Assembly (NCBI GenBank): GCA_051294905.1
Contig: CM119371.1
Coordinates: 33,606,001-33,666,000 of the forward strand
Reading direction: 5' to 3'
Source of the DNA: Botryllus schlosseri
Taxonomy: Eukaryota
DNA length: 60,000 nt
The notes beneath the pieces are model-generated. The model did no database searches, was not told where the DNA came from, and worked only from the letters and a program-made list of their open reading frames with translations. The position numbers and the translations under genes are program-made. Shown here in pieces: positions 14,342-27,216 of the stretch. Position 1 is the first letter of the stretch, and the number at the start of each line of letters is the position of its first letter.

Positions 14342-15846
14342 CAGTGGTTCTTAACCTTGCCCACAGCGCCCCCCAGGGGGCGCTGGCGACTTTGAAGGGG
14401 GGCGGAAGCGCTCAGGGGGCGATATGGGGGGCGCTGGGCTTAGGGGGGCGGTATGGGGGGCGCTGGAGAAAAATGGCTTTGCAGTAGATGATGTGGTGAT
14501 AGGACTTATCCTTAATGAGTATTCAGGGCAAATTAACACCGAAAACTTCGCTACATATAGCCTTCAAAATACATATAGGTTTGATTGTCAATGGGCGCCT
14601 AAATGACTGACACCGAATGTTCCTGTCTTGGCAATCAGAACCCCAGAAGACGAATTCCATCTGGCAGGGAAAATTATATGTCAGTGAGGAAATACCAATC
14701 TGAAATTAGTGCGTCTTTTAGTTTAGTACGATTGGGCGACAGGGATATTCCTGTTGGGCGATATCCCCGTTGAGCGATTCTATATTTTTTGATATTGCAG
14801 ACAGGGGCTCACGAAATAACATCATGCAACGAAGTCATACCAACGGGCTCGCCCGCCCGAACATGTTTAATTATTAGTAACGGGCCCTACAGTTTTCAAG
14901 AAACTACGCACACTCAACAACTCACTGCGCTGACCCTTGGATAACAGTGCGTAACGACTAAAAAAAGGTAATAACTTCGGATTTGTTGTGCGCAACGTAG
15001 ATTTCCTCTGCGCAGAGACCGTTTCAGCACTGCGCACGTGCGCAGCTTAGAGGGAACATTGCACCTCACTCAGCTCTACCTGTAAATGTGTTTACATGAG
15101 CAGAGAGAGGATAAAAATTGATCTCAATTTACATGCAATTCCCGATGATATTGACCAATTTAATCATTAATTAGTGAAATTTTTCGCGCTTCGCGCGACT
15201 AGGCGAGCGTAGCTGCCTCAGTAAATGGACACCCAATGTAGATACCTAATAGGCTATCAGCCAATAGCGGACAGCCTAATGGAGGTCTGGGAGTGAAGTC
15301 TCCCAGAAGTTTGGTTTATCACCCGATGGGGGCCCTGGACCAACGTTTTTTGTTTGGAGGGGGCTGACGAAGTGCTGTTACGGCCCTGGTAACGAATAAT
15401 TGTACCTGCGGGCACGCTCGAATATGTTTAATTATCAATTACGTGCCCTTTATTTTCCTATACAACAGCTCACTCAGTGCTACTGGTAAATCTGATTACG
15501 TGGGCTGAGAGGATAAAAAGTTTATAGCGAGTTATCTATGTAATTACCACCTTTCCATTCATGCATTATAGAAAATTTTGGTACCTAGGTCGACCAGGCC
15601 ACACAAACTTTGCTGACCATCAAAATCACGATATGGGGCTCGTGGGGGCGAAGCCCTCAGAGGTTCAGTTTATCACGCTATGGGTGCGCAAGGCAATCGT
15701 TTTTAGGGGGGTTGACGAAGTGCTATTACGGCCCTCCCTCTTACTCATTGTCTTTATTACATTCCTTACAATATGAAGTTTGGGGGCGCTGGAGCACGAT
15801 AATTTTTGAAAGGGGGCGCTGGAAGAAAAAAGGTTAAGAACCACTG
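14342..15846. mobile_element. Non-autonomous hAT (Charlie-like) element
   Basis: TIR CAGTGGTTCTTAACCT / AGGTTAAGAACCACTG with perfect 8-bp TSD GTCTACAT (14334-14341, 15847-15854). The interior shares sequence with the 24769-37384 family. Confidence 0.88.
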
Positions 15847-16298
15847 GTCTACATCAAACGATTCATTTTTCAGCAGACGAGAAGTTTAATGAATAGTTCC
15901 ACTCAATCCGACTAACAGCATACAGTATGGCATTCAGGATGAGCAATAGTCGTGCTACTGAAAACATACATAATACTTTCCGTAAAGAACTGCTCGCGGC
16001 GGAAGGGCAAGTACGGTTCTATCCAATTTCGACTGTTCTAATATTCTGAGAACGTTATTGTTTGTTAAAATACGCTTGTGAGCCAAATGAAAGGCTAATT
16101 TAAAAAATATTTTGACCCATGACCATGTTCCAAGATCGATCCCAGGCATTGATACTTTTCGACAACTGATCCCCTCAAACTTCAGATCTCATTGCAGACA
16201 TATGACAAAATATATTGGAAATGGAATTGATGCATCAGGGCTTTTTAACTGCTGGATAATATCATCTAAAACAACTGTCGAATCTAAAGACTGGATAT

Positions 16299-16815
16299 TA
16301 GGGCTGGGCAAAATCGAGTACCTGAGTGATTCGATTCTGAATCACGTAAAATGCTTCGAGTCGAGTCGAGTAATCGAGTATCACTCAATATGACGTCATA
16401 ACAGAATGTAATATGTCAAAGTTCAAATACGTACTTTTGATGCGACCATAAAGAATATAATGCATATTATCCATCACATCAAAGATACTTTGTTATTTTT
16501 TCGACCATAGCGACTTCATTGCACTTGGTGACAATGTTGTGGGATGATCATGACTTCGGAAATGTTCTATTTCCAGTAACGTTCGTAGCTTTGTACTACA
16601 TGTTTCGTATGCTACAATACGGCCAATCAAGGTTTCAAGGCCTCAACAGCAAGAATTGGTATCGAAACTATAATTCTCGTTGAAAAATAAACTTTCGGTG
16701 GCAAGGAGCGCAAAATTTCAGTACTCGAAAAAATCGTCTTTTACTACTCGACTCGAATCATTAAAATTAATACTCGATTCAGATTCGAGTACTCGAATCA
16801 TTGTGCCCAGCCCTA
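16299..16815. mobile_element. hAT MITE (TAGGGCTGGGCA ends)
   Basis: TIR TAGGGCTGGGCA / TGCCCAGCCCTA with perfect 8-bp TSD CTGGATAT. Inverted sister copy at 58200-58715. Confidence 0.9.
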
Positions 16816-17150
16816 CTGGATATACTCCATGCACACACCAAATATAGAATAGTGTCTAAAATACCGGGCAACTGAGAGGTATGAGATGTCTCAAATATGG
16901 TATGGAACAATGTTAGTAAGGTATGGGAAATTGTAAGTATGATGTGGAATCAATGAGGCGGGTAGGGAGTATTGCAATTTCCCGTACCATACCGTACCAA
17001 ACTATGTCCGGCATATGATCACGGGTAAGAGTTTATGCATGTGGAAACATAGTAGCATAGGGAATTCACACTGAGGTAAACAGTATCAGCACATCATGAT
17101 CAATGATGCATTTCAGCACGCTCACTGTCCGTGACCAGTACACGGATATC

Positions 17151-20100
17151 ATGAAGCAACTCAGCATTGTTTTCGAAGCGTTACTAGAAGAAAAACGAGC
17201 GGTGAAATTATGAACTATGCTTCTTAAAGCATGAGTATTTCCAATGAAATGTATATACCGAATTTATAGGTGGATGGAAGTTTAAATCAAGATATCACCG
17301 GCACCGAAATTCCCATAAAGTGGATCGTCAATCCTTTGAAGTATGCTTGGCCACAGCACAGGTTGTACATAAGCACAATGCCTTCTGAAGTAACCGTTCT
17401 ATTTGTTGGAATGAATCCATCGCCGTATGCTCCTTCCGGAGTAAGTATATCATATCATTACTGCGTAAATAGCAGTGAGGCAGGTCAGTGGTCGGTTGGT
17501 CGACGATGCGCATCTCGCAGAGATCATTTGTATACACTTGAGTGGTGATGGCATCGCAGTTGGCTATAAATCACACCGTAGATTATATTGACTTTGTTCA
17601 TCAGCAATCAATTAAGTAAACCATCATCATCTGGAAGAAGCAATGTTTTGTGATCCAACATCCTCATTCAAAAAGAAATTGATAGAAATTAGAATGGTTC
17701 ATTATAAAGTTCGAAGTTCGTGTCTGTCGACGCTGCTCTTTTGACTCTTTGCTCTTTGACCTGCTTCCTGTTTAAGGCGTCAAGTTCAAAATCATTATGC
17801 AATGGACTTAGTCGAAGTTCAAGTCACACTGCACCGTAAGTGACACGCTCATTACCGCCGTTTCAATTTTTTTCAGATTCCTTTCGGTGACGAGCAGAAG
17901 ATTGAGAGACTTTTTAAAATTGATGTATCCAAGAATCAATTAGACGGAATTCCCACATTTCTCAAATCAAACCAGTATGTCCAGTAAGTTAAAATATGCA
18001 ACAACTCCTACAAACAATACTAGGTCTGCTTTATGCTCCCGGAATATACTAGATGTGAACTCATTTGTCAGAGTAAAATGAAAAAAACTTGCTACCTGAT
18101 ATGTTGCATCGAATTTATATTTGTTTCCGTGTCCTATCGTCGACGTTATTCTCACATTATTGTTATCAAGTAAACACGTTCGCCAAGAAAAAATATACGA
18201 ATTTGTTTTGTAATCAGAAGTCCATATAACGTAACAGAACTTTAAACAGTGAAAGCTGGTTTGAATTCTGGAGTCACTGTATGACTAGTCATTTCGGTAT
18301 TCCCAAAATTGTTAGTTGCAAATTGTGAATCACCGTGTTCACTAGGCTTCGTCAGTCCCTTCGGCGAAGTCTTGCCCTTCGTTTCTATTACATTATCATC
18401 CCGTCGGTCGTTTGTTTCGTTTTTTCATTCGTGGCTGAGCAGTGAGCACGGACTAAACACTAATTAGTATGCTTCTCTCGTCTGGTCAATCAGATCAGCA
18501 AACATTATTGACCTAAATTTAATTTGGAATGTAATCTGATATTTTACAGGAATGGAAACTCAAAAGATTGTGACAGTGGACGACGGTTTTGGGGATTTGT
18601 CGAAAGACACTTCCGGGGTTTTGATGCGTTCCGAAAACATTGCTTTGTAATGAACTGCAGCCCACTGTTCTTTACTGGACCCACCCCGAACTGGCCTGGG
18701 CCGGTGGAAGATACGTGTACGGTTTGCGCTAGTAGTTATGATTTGAGATATATAGTTGTGGTCTCCAGAAAAAGACAGGAAAAGTAATCGATTGAAGTAT
18801 AGGCTAGCCTATGCCTACCTCTTATATCGTTTCCCCACTAGTATATCAAGATGACTGAATGGACGTTATATCTGGTTTTTTAACTAAAAATTCCGCTGGT
18901 AAATTACGGACTTCTCCAGATTACAGCTGAATTAATATGCACCATCGCCTGTATCAATGTGCTGATGATGTTCAGAGCTTTGTCTTACAACCCTATACCA
19001 CTCCCATTTGCTCTGAACACCATAACGCCCAATTTAGAGCCAGTATCTTGGAATCAGGCTCGCTAGCACCCGTTTTAGGTATCACATAGTAATAGGGAGA
19101 ACCTGAGAGTCACGGTCGTAAATGGACTTCGGATTGCGAAACATTGTCGTTTCATGTTCCAAAAAAACCTTCGCTAGGTTCGTTTTTTGAAGCTTTAAAT
19201 AGCGGACGATAACGACTGGCAACGGAAATAGGCAGAAATATTATCATCCCCGTCAGGGTAGCCTGAAAGGAACGTGCTTGAATTACTCACGTGGATTCGA
19301 ATCTGTTTAGTTAATGTACAAGAAGGGATTTTCGAGTAATAATATTACATTATTTCATTTGTAGGGCAAAGAGGTATCACACTAGAAGAGCTTAAATCAT
19401 CCGAAGACGAGTTGGTGAAAAATCTGATAAAGAAAAGCCAGCAGGCGTTGACAGGGGCAATCGATTTGATGTCCCCACCACTGATTGTGGCGATGGGCGG
19501 AGAAGCTGAAGAGAGGTTGGGCTATAGCAGTTGTTTTCATTCAATGTGACGATTGAATTCGTCGACGGTGCGGCGACAAAATTATATATTGCATATTACA
19601 GTCAACATGTCATCGATAACTACCCTCCAACTGAGGCCATCATTAACTAATCGTCGTCCTTAGTCCTTAACTTTGCAACCACGCAGTATATGGCGCAGTG
19701 AAACCACGCATTATACGATGCCGCGATTTACGCATCCGCTATATAGAGTGCTGCGAGGTCAAGGTACTATGGAATACAAGATTATAGGCCATTACTGGTC
19801 ACGAGTCGAATTTAAAGGCATATTCAACCAGTATGTAAGGATCAATGTGACTACTGCGAGTAGCATTTTGTCTTGTAGGGTTTGGTTGGTACAACACGAT
19901 ATAAATCGGTAGCAAGTACGGGTCCGATCCGACATCGAATCTCTAGAATAGCGTTATTAATGTTTCGCGAGGCTTCGCGTTGTCACTCAAGCCTCAAGTA
20001 TGGGCAGTGTATGAAAGAATCCGTGAGCGAAAGTGAGGGGTGCTGTAAGTCCACCTATGACAATTCAGTAAATAAATTATTTGGCCGATAAAAGATGATA

Positions 20101-23100
20101 TATACCTAGGGCTGTAACCTAGTCACAAGGTTCCGAGTTACAAGTCAACCTCGGTTCTATAGTTTTGACTCGAGTCAAGTCGAATAATTTGAAATTCACC
20201 GCCGAGTCAAGTCCGAGTACAAGTCAATAAGTAGAGCAAGGGACGGCAACCTACGGCCCGCGGTTCGGGTTCTGCTCGGCAGGCGAAATCGCCTGTCCCA
20301 CGACGTCATAATTAGTAATCACAAGAATACGGCCCATCGTCCTTCATTGAATTGCAAACTTTTATCGTTGCTCGAGTGCATAAGTTGAGAAATTAAATCG
20401 CTACTTTCCTTGAAAAGAAAAACATTAACGCCGCAGAATTTCGTGGTCCATAATGGGTATTCAAGCTTGTGCTTTCTTAGCAGATTTAACGTCACATCGG
20501 AACACTTTGAATTTGCAACTTCAGGGAGAGAAACAATTGATAAATGAGAGAGAGAGAGAGAGAGAGAAAGAGGTGTTTTTTCCCCTGCACAATCGAGATG
20601 CTATGATTACGGAGATGCGATAGGGCCTTTATAGCAAGGTCGTCAAGTCTGCAACCCCGTTTTTCTCACATTCATGCTATCTGTGATTGCTGAGCGCCCA
20701 GCAGGATAGTCGCGGATACCAATTTTCGAGTCCTTGGTCTTTGGTCTCCAAGCTTGACCAACCATGTAAAATAAATCGATGTTCGGTAGCAGGTCTGTGA
20801 ACAATTGTTTTCAACAACTAAGTTCATGAAAAGCAAGCTAAGATCAAGCATATCCAACTCCTAGTTAGAAAATGTTCTCGTTCTTGCGTCACCTAACCTG
20901 GTACTAGAGGCATAAAAACTTTCAAAAAAGCAGCATCAAGTGTCAAATTAATGCTGTGTTGTTTAAGTGTGAATACATTTGCTCTTTCTTAGATTGGTAT
21001 CATTGAGATCGCAGAGATCTAGCGTATTTTACTGAAGTGAGTGTGACTTCTAGTATGAAAAGTCCGGCCCACCAAGGAATTGTACACTCGACATTTGGCC
21101 TGTGACTAGCAAAAGGTTTCCGACCGCTGTAGTACAGAGTCGAGTCTGAATCCACGTCATTTTGTTCGCTATTCAGATTTCAGTTAAATCCGATTCAACC
21201 AACTTTTTCAACTCTGCTCGTGTGATAAAGAAAGGCTCACATTCATAATATCGTAATTTTCCCATTCTTTACAGTTCCCTGCCTATTTTCCAATTGTCAG
21301 GACTGATTGACTTGACTATTCTTCGAAGACAATGAAATGTCTGGCTTGGCTGTCCCAGTCTCGAGTCGTATGACTTGGACTGAGTCATGCACAATGACTC
21401 GAGTAGCTTACAAGTCGAGTCAACACAAAAATGGACTCGAGTCATGTCGAGTGACCGCAAAATCGTGACTAGAGTCTGACTTGAGTCGAGTAATGCCTCC
21501 AGTCACTACAACCCTGCTAATATCATAAATGCACCGACGTCCGACACGGACATGCTATGAAAGTCAAACCAAGTTACAAAGTGTCTACCGCTCGTTGTTT
21601 ATGGTCATTAGTCATCGACCCGAGTGCTCTTCAACCGAAGGCACCCGAGTATGCATGGGGCGCAAGAGTACGAAGCATACACGTTTTGGTTTCATTACAA
21701 TAAAAAAGTTACTGATCTACCTTACGGTAACTGACAATACGGGGTTCTACGCACACGACACGCGACGGCCCGGTGCTTGCGAAGCGAACCATGGCATGGT
21801 ATGGAATTTGCGATGAGCCTTTCATAATTCAAAAATAGCTCGGGCTTTAATCAGTTAAACTTCCAATCAACTGATCAACAGATTAATTTTACGGCACCAG
21901 TTTTCCATTCAATTGATTAAATCTTGATATATCGAAGGGCAAATATGTTGCTTATTTGGTATATCTCATGAACGATACAATCATTAAGCATGATGATGCC
22001 GGGTATAGTACTGACTCGTCAGGCAATCACGCAGTCGCGGTGTAGCGTAACGCGTTTTGCTAGCTACTCGGCCAACTAGAATACCCTCTTATCTTTCAAA
22101 TTTCATCATAGAAGTCCAATGACGTTATTTTAGGTCCCTATAGCAATGCGATTTTAGTTTCCAATTACCTACGTGTTCTGTTATTATTGACTGGAATAAC
22201 CGGTTTCAGCGAACATCTAGTAATTCTCACCAACATGCAGACTTGTACCAACTAAACATTTAGTTAGTTGATGGTCAACTAAATAACGTTTTTCTAGTAG
22301 CTCTAGCTCAAGTTGCTAGTTTATAAAATTTGGTATTTGTAGTTGTAGTTTTAGTTGCAGATTTTGAAAATTCAGTAGTTCTAGCTGCACATTTGAAAAA
22401 AAATTAGTTGCCGAACAACTAGAAAACATGTGTCATGGCTTTGGGCGAATTGAGATGCCAGTGGTCTGTTGAATGATGTCACGCAAGATGATTTTTCATG
22501 GCGTGCTAAATGATTTAGTGTGCATTATAATATTTCCGTGTCTTGCAAAAAGTGAAATCAAAATTTTCAAAATGAAAACAGCCCGAAGGTGAATCCTTTT
22601 TATTTTGTAAATAAACATGAAGTAGGCTCTTTAGGGACAGATTTTATTTTTTTTCAAAATTTTTTCTGCACTCCCCACATGTAGGGCATAGTCCTTATTT
22701 AGCCCACGGTCGTAAAATACCCAGGTCTGACCTACGCTGATCTAGTGATACTCAACTGAATAACGTTTTTTGAGTATAGCTCTAGTTTTAGTAGCTGATT
22801 TTGAAAATTGAGTAGTTCTAGTTTTAGTTTTAGTTGGGAATTTATAAATTTGAGTAGTACAAGTTCTAGTTCTTGTTGCGGATTTTGAAAATTGGGTAGT
22901 TCTAGTTTTAGTTCTAGTTGCGGACTTTGAAAATCGTGTAGTTCTAATCCTAGTTATACATTTGAGCTTTACAAATTGAATAGTTCTAGTTCTAGTTCTA
23001 GTTGCGCTGTTTGAAAATCAGGTAGTTTTTACAATTCACCTGCATGCCATGGATGGATCGGCATGTCTCGAATCGATAACTATATTCCCGGATTCTAATT

Positions 23101-23396
23101 AGGCTTTGATGTCATCTTTTAAGTTTGGGCCGGGGCCTTGGCGGGCTTCCGCTTTTGCTTCAAACCATTTATCAACTCGTCTCTAATACAGTCTTTTGCA
23201 TAGAGTTCAAAAGGCTATCAACGAAATAAAAACTGAAGATGGAAAAATTGGGAGAGAAGAGAGAAAAATTGAAGTATTAGGTATCATGCACGCTTCTCCG
23301 AAGAACAATCAAACGGATGACGAATGGATTAAAGATGTGGAAGATACTGTCGGTGCCAAAATTGATGAAGCAATCACAAAGGCGCAAGACGCGTAG
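17151..23396 (+). CDS. SMUG1-like: Divergent SMUG1-family (family 3) uracil-DNA glycosylase, spliced
   Basis: Exons 17151-17201 (in-frame ATG also at 17103), 17270-17440 (NPLKYAWPQHRLY..VLFVGMNPSPYAPSG), 17877-17974 (IPFGD..), 18550-18716 (SGRRFWGF..HCFVMNCSPLFF; donor inferred from phase), 19365-19515 (..LIVAMGGEAEER) and 23204-23396 (VLGIMHASPKN..W, TAG). Motifs are collinear with SMUG1 NPVEYAW, GMNPGP, VPFG, SGARFWG, CFVHNLCP and HPSPRN. Confidence 0.88.
20107..21516. mobile_element. GACTCGAGTC-rich hAT-like MITE with a probable nested Charlie-like insert (about 20235-21130), in the last SMUG1-like intron
   Basis: Ends TAGGGCTGTAAC / CTACAACCCTG and subterminal GAGTCAAGTC repeats. TSD is not clean. 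(GA)n tract at about 20546-20567. Confidence 0.5.
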
Positions 23397-23481
23397 AAAA
23401 AGTTATAAATATATTGTATAATCACACAGTTCTAATTGCTTTAGTTATATCGAGCTAGATATTCATATATATATATATATA

Positions 23482-24161
23482 CAGGGTTGCCATCGACATG
23501 GACCCAAAAATAAGGACAGTCGAAAAATAGATTAGCATGAAAAAGCGTTTTTATACATTCTTTGTATTTATACGAGTCGGGGCATATCACATTCCATATA
23601 CTTTTCACCAGAAACAATCTGCTCCAACAACTCCTTGTTACGAGAAAATGCTTCATGGACCTCACGACAGCTCAGGCTTAGGTTTACCTTTACTCAGGAC
23701 CGAGACAGCACTTTGTTAACCCCCCCCCCATAAAAATAACGTTGGTCTTCCCCCCTTCGTAGGGTGATAAACCAAACTTCTTCACCTCGCTAGAGTCGTC
23801 AACCAAGATGGATAAAGGCCGTACACCAAAGTTTAGACAAAATCATTTTTGAGCGTATGGAGCAAAAACTCAAGTAACAATGCTTGTAGTCTTGGTCCTG
23901 GCCGAAGAAACTTATTTGCAAAGTTGGAATAGGGGAATATTGCTTTGAATAATTGCGATGTGCAATCGTTGGTTAGGAATGATTGCTGGTGTTTGACAGT
24001 ATATTCCGATCGAAGTTCTGTAGCGGTTGAAAATAAGACAAAATAAGGACGCAAGTCGAAAATAAGGACATTTCTTAGAAATAAGGACAGTTGAGTTTTC
24101 TAAGACGTGGCCCTTCAAAATAAGGACAAATCTTAGAAATAAGGACGGTATGGCAACCCTG
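23482..24161. mobile_element. hAT MITE in a (TA)n tract just 3' of the SMUG1-like stop
   Basis: TIR CAGGGTTGCCAT / ATGGCAACCCTG flanked by TATATATA; subterminal AAATAAGGAC repeats. Confidence 0.85.
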
Positions 24162-25323
24162 TATATATATATATATATACATGATATGTTATCATGATTG
24201 TATTGTCTTCATTGTTGGACCCAAAATTGACTCAATCAAGAAAGACGTTGGGCATTGTCTGACTATTGTTCAGCATATAATTGCTCAACGTTAGTGCCTC
24301 ACGTCACATCGGCGATATGAATTCGAATGCATGTTTGGAAATTTATTTTGCCGCTTATAGGAGACGAATATATACTCCATCTATTGATGTTGCTTGGTTG
24401 GATAGCCTACAATGCTTTCAGAATGTTAGAGAAGTGCAATGCATCGGGAATCAGTCGAATGTTTGGATTTGATTCCTTGATTTGTTCAATTCCCAGAAGG
24501 ACTCATTAACGATTTATTTCTTTTTTTCCCAAGTACTCGAGTAATTTTCCTTTACGTGCATTACTTACTCATGTATATACCAGTTTACGTTATATTTACG
24601 TCGTCAGTTTTTGTGACGTGCTTAGATTTCGCTATTTACAGCTTGTCAAGCAGAAATAATATAGGCTATACATTTAGTAAGAGAGAGGATGAGACCAGAA
24701 TTGATAAATTCAGCTACTGCTTTCGCGAAGAGTCCTCAATCATGCTTCGCTCGAACCCTGCCTTGATACAGTGCAGTAACTTCCGCACTCCAAACCCCCC
24801 CAATTGAGGGGGCGAGCTCGAAGGGGGCCCAAAATTATTTCGTGAATTAGCACAAATTATGGTGTATATTTTGAAAATTTGTGCAACTTTTTCAAAATTT
24901 TGTCGCGCTGCGCGCCATTTGAGGTTGCTGGTTTTTTATTATTGGGTACTCTTCCCTCAAGAAAAAATAAGCAACATTTACAGAAATTGACATACCAGCG
25001 ATGACCATTACCGCGCCACGACGCACCAAGACATCTAAAGTCTTAGGCCATGCAATATGCGACTCCAAGAAGTGTGCCAGAAGGATTGGCAGCGAGAACA
25101 CCTTGGCCGAAAATGGTTGCCCTTATACTGATCGAAATCTTCGTTATATATACAAATTACGTATAGGTTTAATTGTCCATAGGTGCCGATTGTCTTGGCA
25201 ATCTGAACCTCACAAGACAACTACCATATCGCAGGGGAAAATTATATGGCAGTCATACCAACGGCTACGCCAGCCCGAATATGTTTAATTACTATTTACG
25301 GGCGCTACAGCTTCGAAGACAGC

Positions 25324-27216
25324 AGTAGTTATATAGATCGCTCTGGGGGTGGCAGGGGCTCTTATGGGCGGGGTGGCGAGCTAACGAGAAACCGGGGGTG
25401 GCGAACTAACGTTTTCGTCTTATGGCGGGGGTGGCGAACTAACGTTTTCGTCTTATGGCGGGGGTGGCGAGCTAACGTTTTCGTCTTATGGGCGGGGTGG
25501 CGAGCGGCTGAGAAACCGGGGGTGGCGAACTAACGTTTTCGTCTTATGGCGGGGGTGACGAGCGGTTCTTATTTCTTACGGCGGGGGTCGCATGTGGCTA
25601 TTGCGTCTTATGGGTGCGGTCGTGATTCGTACTTTCGGTATAGACTGCGGGCGGTATGTCGTACTTTCAGCAAAAAAGGTGTGAAATAGTTTGCTAAGTC
25701 TAGGAATCACTTGCAAGGTAATATTTTGGTATTTAGTTTACCACAGAGCCGGCTTAGACGGTGATTCGAATACCAACAATAGCCGCGCTCACAAACTAAC
25801 AGTTCGAAAAGGTGTGAAATAGTTTGCTAAACCTAGGAATTACTCGTGTGGTATTATTTTGGTAATTAATCGGACACAGAGCCGGCGTAGACGGGGATTC
25901 GAAAACCAACAAGAACCACGCTCGCAAACTAACACTTCAAAAAGCTGTGAAATAGGTTACAAATCCCGCGATCGCTCACAAGATAATACCTAAGACATAA
26001 CCATCGCTCGCGACTTGGTGTTACATACATTCCAATCACTCACGAGGTACTATTTTGGTAATTAATTTGTCGCAGAACTGGATTTCACTGGTAAGATACA
26101 ATATGTAACGAATAACAGAACCGTCGCAGACGGTGATTCGGATACTGACAAATTCTCACTTATTTCTGATCCAACCCTAATCCTCTGTGAAGTTGACGCC
26201 TATTCAAAAAGGTGTGAAATAATTGTAAACCCTACGTCGCTGACACAATAATGCATCAGACATAGCGATCTAGTTATAGTACGGGGTCGGAATCCATTCG
26301 TGAGATGTTCTATAGATAAATCCAAATAATCCAGAATCAAATATATTTGGACTTTGGCGTAGTGTGAATTGAAATAGGATTGACAAACATGACTACCAAC
26401 TTTCCCACAGTCCCATATTGATATTATACGCACATTGATTTGAAACAAGTAATGAAACATTGCAACTCTATTCGCGTTCCCGCTTTCCGTTTATCAAAGA
26501 GATATTTTAACATCTTACCATACTCAAAAGAATTATTCACAACGTTAACAATTGTTAAAAATCTAGTTTTCACTTACTTGATTATATCACTGCAACTCAT
26601 AAATTTGAATTAATTCATCCTGGCTGTATTCGTATGATCGGTCTTTTTTATTCAATTGGAAAGGTCGTTACTATTCTGAAGACAAAGTATTTACTAATCG
26701 GGGCATATACGACTTGACATGAACATATTATATTTTGAGTATACGAGATTTGAATGTGTGAACAATAACTGAGAAATAATTTATCGCAATTAAATCCGTA
26801 TATTACAGCGTAAAAGATATTGGAATATCAGCAACTCTGTACGGTACCACATTACCTAATTTACCCGACCAACTCCTCATGATCATTCCTGAAATCAACA
26901 CAAACATGACCACTGACTTGAGTTAACCACAAAACAACATCAAGTTTTAAATCCACTCGTAGCTTACGAATTATTTGAATGCGGGTTATGTTTTGTTGTA
27001 ATTGAGTGTACGGAAATAGTATTACGTCTCGACATCTTACCATCTTACCATATTCAAAGAGTCAACCACAAAAACATTGTCAAGTAAATCCGTTTGTAAC
27101 TTACCCGACCAACTCAAACAGTATCAGTATGAAAAACAGCCAAACATACACGAGTCCATACAATCACTAAAACCTAAAATCCATAACAAGTTCGGTGTAC
27201 TCATATCCCTACGACG
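25324..27216 (+). repeat. Left terminal inverted repeat (1,893 bp)
   Basis: Reverse complement of 32456-34349; only about 3 differences noticed (1 indel, 2 substitutions). Contains 33-bp GC-rich tandem units (about 25365-25615) and about 133-bp periodic units (G(G/C)TGTGAAAT at 25678, 25811, 25944, 26211). Confidence 0.97.

Noticed and set aside
25246..27043. ORFs inside the TIR (WRGWRTNVFVL repeats; mirrored 60- and 86-aa ORFs)
   Set aside because: By-products of the 33-bp repeat and the inverted duplication; no recognisable protein features.
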